Origin: Anaerolineae bacterium
Lineage (GTDB): Bacteria > Chloroflexota > Anaerolineae > UBA1429
Direction of reading: 5' to 3'
DNA length: 64,000 nt
NCBI GenBank assembly: GCA_963675785.1
Contig: OY776562.1
Location: 160,001-224,000 of the forward strand
The notes under the pieces: model-generated
What the model was told of the DNA's origin: nothing
Seen by the model: only the letters and a program-made list of their open reading frames with translations
Database searches by the model: none
Shown here: positions 60,481 through 64,000 of the stretch, piece by piece
How the letters are laid out: every line of letters starts with the position of its first letter
Position numbering within the stretch: position 1 is the first letter of the stretch
Position numbers and translations under genes: made by a program

Positions 60481-61575
60481 ATGTTTCAGGTATTTCCGTT
60501 TACTGCTATTGTTGGTCAGGATAGAATGAAGCGCGCGCTGATATTGAATGCTGTCAGCCCGCAAATTGGTGGCGTACTCATCCGGGGTGAGCGTGGTACT
60601 GCCAAGTCGACAGCAGCCCGAGCGTTGGCTGATTTGTTGCCGGATATCGAGGTTGTTGTTGGTTGCCCGTTTGGTTGCAGCCCGACGGATCCGACACAAA
60701 TGTGCGATCATTGTGCGGCAGAGTTTGCTCTCAAGGGCGAATTGCCTTCAGAGGTGCGCCAAACGCGTTTTGTTAACCTGCCAGTGTCGGCAACTGAGGA
60801 TCGTGTTGTTGGGACGTTGGATTTGGAACAAGCCATCAAACATGGTGAGCGCCAATTTGATCCTGGTGTGTTAGCTTTGGCTAATCGTGGCCTACTCTAT
60901 GTGGACGAAATCAACCTTTTGGATGATCACGTGGTCGATCTACTCCTTGATTCGGCGGCTATGGGCGTGAATGTTGTTGAACGAGAGGGCATCTCCTTCT
61001 CACACCCGTCGCGTTTCATCCTGGTGGGCACAATGAATCCTGAAGAAGGCGAGCTTCGCCCCCAGTTGTTGGACCGTTTTGCCCTCTGTGTCGATATTCA
61101 GGGCATAGCTGATGCCACCGCCCGTGTAGAGATTCTTGAGCGGCGTTTGCAGTATGAACTATCTCCTGAGGCATTCTACGAGTTATGGAAGCCAGAGGAA
61201 GATGCGATAACTGAGCGCATTCGTCGAGCACAAGAGCTTTTGCCCCGTGTGCGCTATGATCGTGCTGATCTTTACAGCATTGCTGAACTTACCTCCGAGC
61301 TTTCCATTGATGGCCATCGTGCTGATATCGTGATTCTCAAAACTGCCATTGCTCAAGCTGCTTATGATGGTCGTACTGCTATCACGGCCGCCGATATTTT
61401 AACTGCTGCAGAGCTGGCGTTGCCTCATAGACTTCAGCGGGATCCGTTCTCGGACGCTGAAATTCAAGTACAAGATCTCGAAGATAGGCTTCGTAAAGCC
61501 CGTCAGTTCATCTCTGAACCCTCTACACGTACCTCATCTGAGGGCTCGGGGCGCGGCCAAAAAAAAACAATCTAG
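60481..61575 (+). CDS. Mg/Co-chelatase ChlI-type AAA+ ATPase (N-terminal part of a frameshifted chlD)
   Basis: FPFTAIVGQ, GERGTAKST, ATEDRVVG, LYVDEINLL, NPEEGELRPQLLDRF, LPHR. Confidence 0.92.
   Translation: MFQVFPFTAIVGQDRMKRALILNAVSPQIGGVLIRGERGTAKSTAARALADLLPDIEVVVGCPFGCSPTDPTQMCDHCAAEFALKGELPSEVRQTRFVNLPVSATEDRVVGTLDLEQAIKHGERQFDPGVLALANRGLLYVDEINLLDDHVVDLLLDSAAMGVNVVEREGISFSHPSRFILVGTMNPEEGELRPQLLDRFALCVDIQGIADATARVEILERRLQYELSPEAFYELWKPEEDAITERIRRAQELLPRVRYDRADLYSIAELTSELSIDGHRADIVILKTAIAQAAYDGRTAITAADILTAAELALPHRLQRDPFSDAEIQVQDLEDRLRKARQFISEPSTRTSSEGSGRGQKKTI
61559..61567 (+). other. Slippery A9 run (A_AAA_AAA): programmed -1 frameshift or transcriptional slippage site
   Basis: CAA AAA AAA ACA ATC TAG; slippage joins the AAA+ ORF to the vWA ORF. 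Confidence 0.75.
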
Positions 61576-62534
61576 ATAAATCTCAACAACATGGTAAACG
61601 CAACGAAGGAGGAGCTGGTACCTCGGTAGGCACTCGCGATGGTGATGCCCGGAGCGATTCCGATCCTACTGGCGCTGATTCACAGCCACGCGTGGGCCAG
61701 ACCTTCCAGTCGCGTCGAATTGATACACCCCTTGATCGTGTGACGCGGCATTCTGGTGGGAAACGCAGCTATACTCACACGACACGCAAGAACGGCCGTT
61801 ACGTCTCTTCACGACCGACGCCCGGCGAGTATGAGGACGTCGCTCTTGATGCAACACTTCGCCAGGCATCAATCTATCAGACTCTGCGCGAACATGACGA
61901 TGTGGCTATTACGTTGACCGATGATGATATACAGCGCAAAGTGCGCGTTCGGCGTGCTGCAAATATGATCGTTTTCGCTGTTGATGCTAGCTGGTCAATG
62001 GCTGCCGCTGAGCGAATGGAAGCCACCAAAGGCGCGATTATGTCACTGTTGGTGGATGCCTATCAAAAGCGTGATTTCGTTTGCTTGATATCTTTTCAAC
62101 GCGATCAGGCCAATCTCGTTTTACCCCCAACGTCCAGTGTCGAAATGGCCAAGCGTGCCTTGCACAATCTCCCCGTGGGAGGTAAAACGCCTCTTTCGGC
62201 GGGCTTGCAGTTGTCATATCGAGTCATCAAGCAGGCACGTCAACAGAACCCGGAAGTTATGCCTCTGCTCGTCCTTCTTACGGATGGTGCTGGCAATGTT
62301 TCTTTTACAGGAAGACCCCCGCACGAAGAGTCATTGGGTTTCGCCCGGCAAATTGCCATGGATCATATTCGAGCTGTAGTAATCAATACAGAACACCAGG
62401 CACTTGACCGCGGACTCGCTAAGGAGCTGGCGCACGCTATGCATGCCCCCTGTTATTCACTCGGAGAGATCAAAGCTGCCAATCTGGTCGACACGGTGCG
62501 TCGCGAATTGGCTACATCACAAGTGAGCGAATGA
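61566..62534 (+). CDS. ChlD-type linker plus vWA domain, reached by -1 frameshift
   Basis: -1 frame is open from the A9 run to the stop; MIDAS DASWS, GKTPL, LLTDG; ALDATLR and AYQKRD ChlD motifs; no clear SD before GTG 61692. Confidence 0.85.
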   Translation, partial: NNLDKSQQHGKRNEGGAGTSVGTRDGDARSDSDPTGADSQPRVGQTFQSRRIDTPLDRVTRHSGGKRSYTHTTRKNGRYVSSRPTPGEYEDVALDATLRQASIYQTLREHDDVAITLTDDDIQRKVRVRRAANMIVFAVDASWSMAAAERMEATKGAIMSLLVDAYQKRDFVCLISFQRDQANLVLPPTSSVEMAKRALHNLPVGGKTPLSAGLQLSYRVIKQARQQNPEVMPLLVLLTDGAGNVSFTGRPPHEESLGFARQIAMDHIRAVVINTEHQALDRGLAKELAHAMHAPCYSLGEIKAANLVDTVRRELATSQVSE

Positions 62535-63994
62535 GAGTATCCCGTAAACGACAGCTTCTCGCAGATGGTTTGATGCTTCTTGTCACCATGATTTGGGGTG
62601 GCACTTTTGTCATGGTCAAGGATGCGACGAGCTCGTATCCTGTGTTTCCTTTTCTATCCATACGTTTCGGCATGGCTACCCTTGCGCTCATTTTGGTTGC
62701 TGGTAAGCGCCTGCGCAAACTGGATTGGAAAGGTGTCAGCGCCGGTGTTCTCATCGGTCTCTTTTTATTCGGCGGCTATGCACTGCAAACCTTGGGGCTT
62801 CAGTATACCTCGGCCTCCAAGGCAGCCCTTATTACAGGCTTGAGTGTTGTGCTTGTACCCTTGATCTCTGGAGTACTCAGCAAAAAGTCTCCTGGCGTCT
62901 CGGCGCTTGTTGGTGTTGGCTTGGCTACGGCTGGCTTGTTCTGGCTCACCCTGGGTGGGGCCAGCAAGCTCTCAATCCAGAGTGGTGACCTTATCGTTCT
63001 GGGGGCGGCGATCTGTTTTGCATTGCACATTGTTAGTGTAAGCGTTTTTGCACCGCGAAGTGACGCTTTGGCACTCACCATTGTGCAATTGGCCACCGTT
63101 GCCGTATTGAGCATTGGCATCACTCTAATTCAGGGAAGCGGATCGCCCATCATCTGGCCTACGCCTTCGTGGAATGTCATCGGTGCGGCTGCGTTCACCG
63201 GTATTTTGGCCACTGCCGTTGCTTTTTCCCTGCAAACTGCTATGCAGCGGTTTACAACACCGACCCATACCGCGCTCATTTTTGCCGCCGAGCCTGTCTT
63301 TGGCGTTTTGTTTGGGGTGCTGCTGGCCAACGAACCACTTACAGCACATATTATCGCCGGTGGCTCGCTCATCGTGTTTGGAACAATAGCCAGTGAGATG
63401 AATTGGGATTATGAACTTGCTGAGCGGTTGGAGGATATTCTTAGCCCGCCCATTGTGTTTTTCCCCCTATTGCTTCTCCTTGGACAACTAGGGGCAGAGT
63501 CGCAATTGATCGGGCTGTACTGGTCCTTAGGTATTTCTCTCTTTTCTATTGTGGGGTTGGTTTTTGTTTTTCGCGGAGCATTGAAACGGGGAGCTATCTC
63601 GGATTTCTATGTTTCGCGGCGTCTCGAGCGTATGAATCTAAAACTCGTTGTGCCCGCGCTGATCTCTGTTACTGTTCCTACAATCATGATTTGGGTATTC
63701 AATGGCCCTACGGGATTGCGTGCCGGTTTTGCGGCCATGGTCGTTCTGGCTGCTATCAATTTGGCCGTTACTTCTGTGTGGAAGATTAGCTACCATAGTC
63801 AGGTTACTGCGGCTACTGCCACTGCCTTTGTCCTCACCTTTGGCACTATAGCAACTCCCCTGCTTTTATTGATCCCTGTTGTAATATGGGCGCGCGTCAA
63901 GTTGGATGCGCACACCCTGCCTCAGACTTTGGTTGGGGCCTTTGTGGGTGCTGGCGCAATTGTGCTCGCTTTTAAACATTTTCTCTTGTTTTAG
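62531..63994 (+). CDS. DMT/EamA-family transporter fused to a C-terminal PAP2-like membrane domain
   Basis: Two EamA repeats (IWGGTF, LQTLGLQYTSAS, EPVFG), then KISYHS and WARVKLDAHTLPQ; ATGA overlap with the vWA stop. Confidence 0.8.
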   Translation: MRVSRKRQLLADGLMLLVTMIWGGTFVMVKDATSSYPVFPFLSIRFGMATLALILVAGKRLRKLDWKGVSAGVLIGLFLFGGYALQTLGLQYTSASKAALITGLSVVLVPLISGVLSKKSPGVSALVGVGLATAGLFWLTLGGASKLSIQSGDLIVLGAAICFALHIVSVSVFAPRSDALALTIVQLATVAVLSIGITLIQGSGSPIIWPTPSWNVIGAAAFTGILATAVAFSLQTAMQRFTTPTHTALIFAAEPVFGVLFGVLLANEPLTAHIIAGGSLIVFGTIASEMNWDYELAERLEDILSPPIVFFPLLLLLGQLGAESQLIGLYWSLGISLFSIVGLVFVFRGALKRGAISDFYVSRRLERMNLKLVVPALISVTVPTIMIWVFNGPTGLRAGFAAMVVLAAINLAVTSVWKISYHSQVTAATATAFVLTFGTIATPLLLLIPVVIWARVKLDAHTLPQTLVGAFVGAGAIVLAFKHFLLF

Positions 63995-64000
63995 TTAAAC

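Noticed and set aside
60481-62534. Evidence for (bacterio)chlorophyll synthesis
   Set aside because: ChlI/ChlD-like AAA+/vWA genes are common in non-phototrophs; no bchH or other bch genes in the window

Overview
64 kb of ordinary, densely coded bacterial chromosome. Gene content and the many Thr/Pro-rich membrane-anchored proteins suggest Chloroflexota (Anaerolineae-like); this is an inference. I saw no rRNA, tRNA, CRISPR array, prophage or intact IS. The central feature is a ~17.7 kb plus-strand operon (23303-41009). It begins with a phospho-signalling cassette (DRTGG, CBS-Ser/Thr kinase fusion, DRTGG, PHP), continues with HydC/kinase/HydD/HydB/H-cluster-less HydA and a group-3 [NiFe] hydrogenase HoxYH, and ends with the maturation protease, hypABFCDE, a formate/nitrite channel and an FdhD lacking CxxC. 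This is a candidate electron-bifurcating [NiFe] hydrogenase in a [FeFe]-type regulatory context, with a possible Rex site over its -10 box. Other notable items: a chlD-type gene split by a -1 frameshift at an A9 run; an orphan trio of degenerate Hyf/Mrp-like membrane subunits; a DUF151-dnaB-dnaD-tandem-DnaC replication operon; a split LCP gene; a Phe T-box before pheST; GT-C glycosyltransferases alongside many Thr/Pro-rich surface proteins; and housekeeping genes (ychF, yebC, ruvC, ruvA, glgX, hpt, rimO, rodZ). All calls come from reading motifs by eye; no searches were run.
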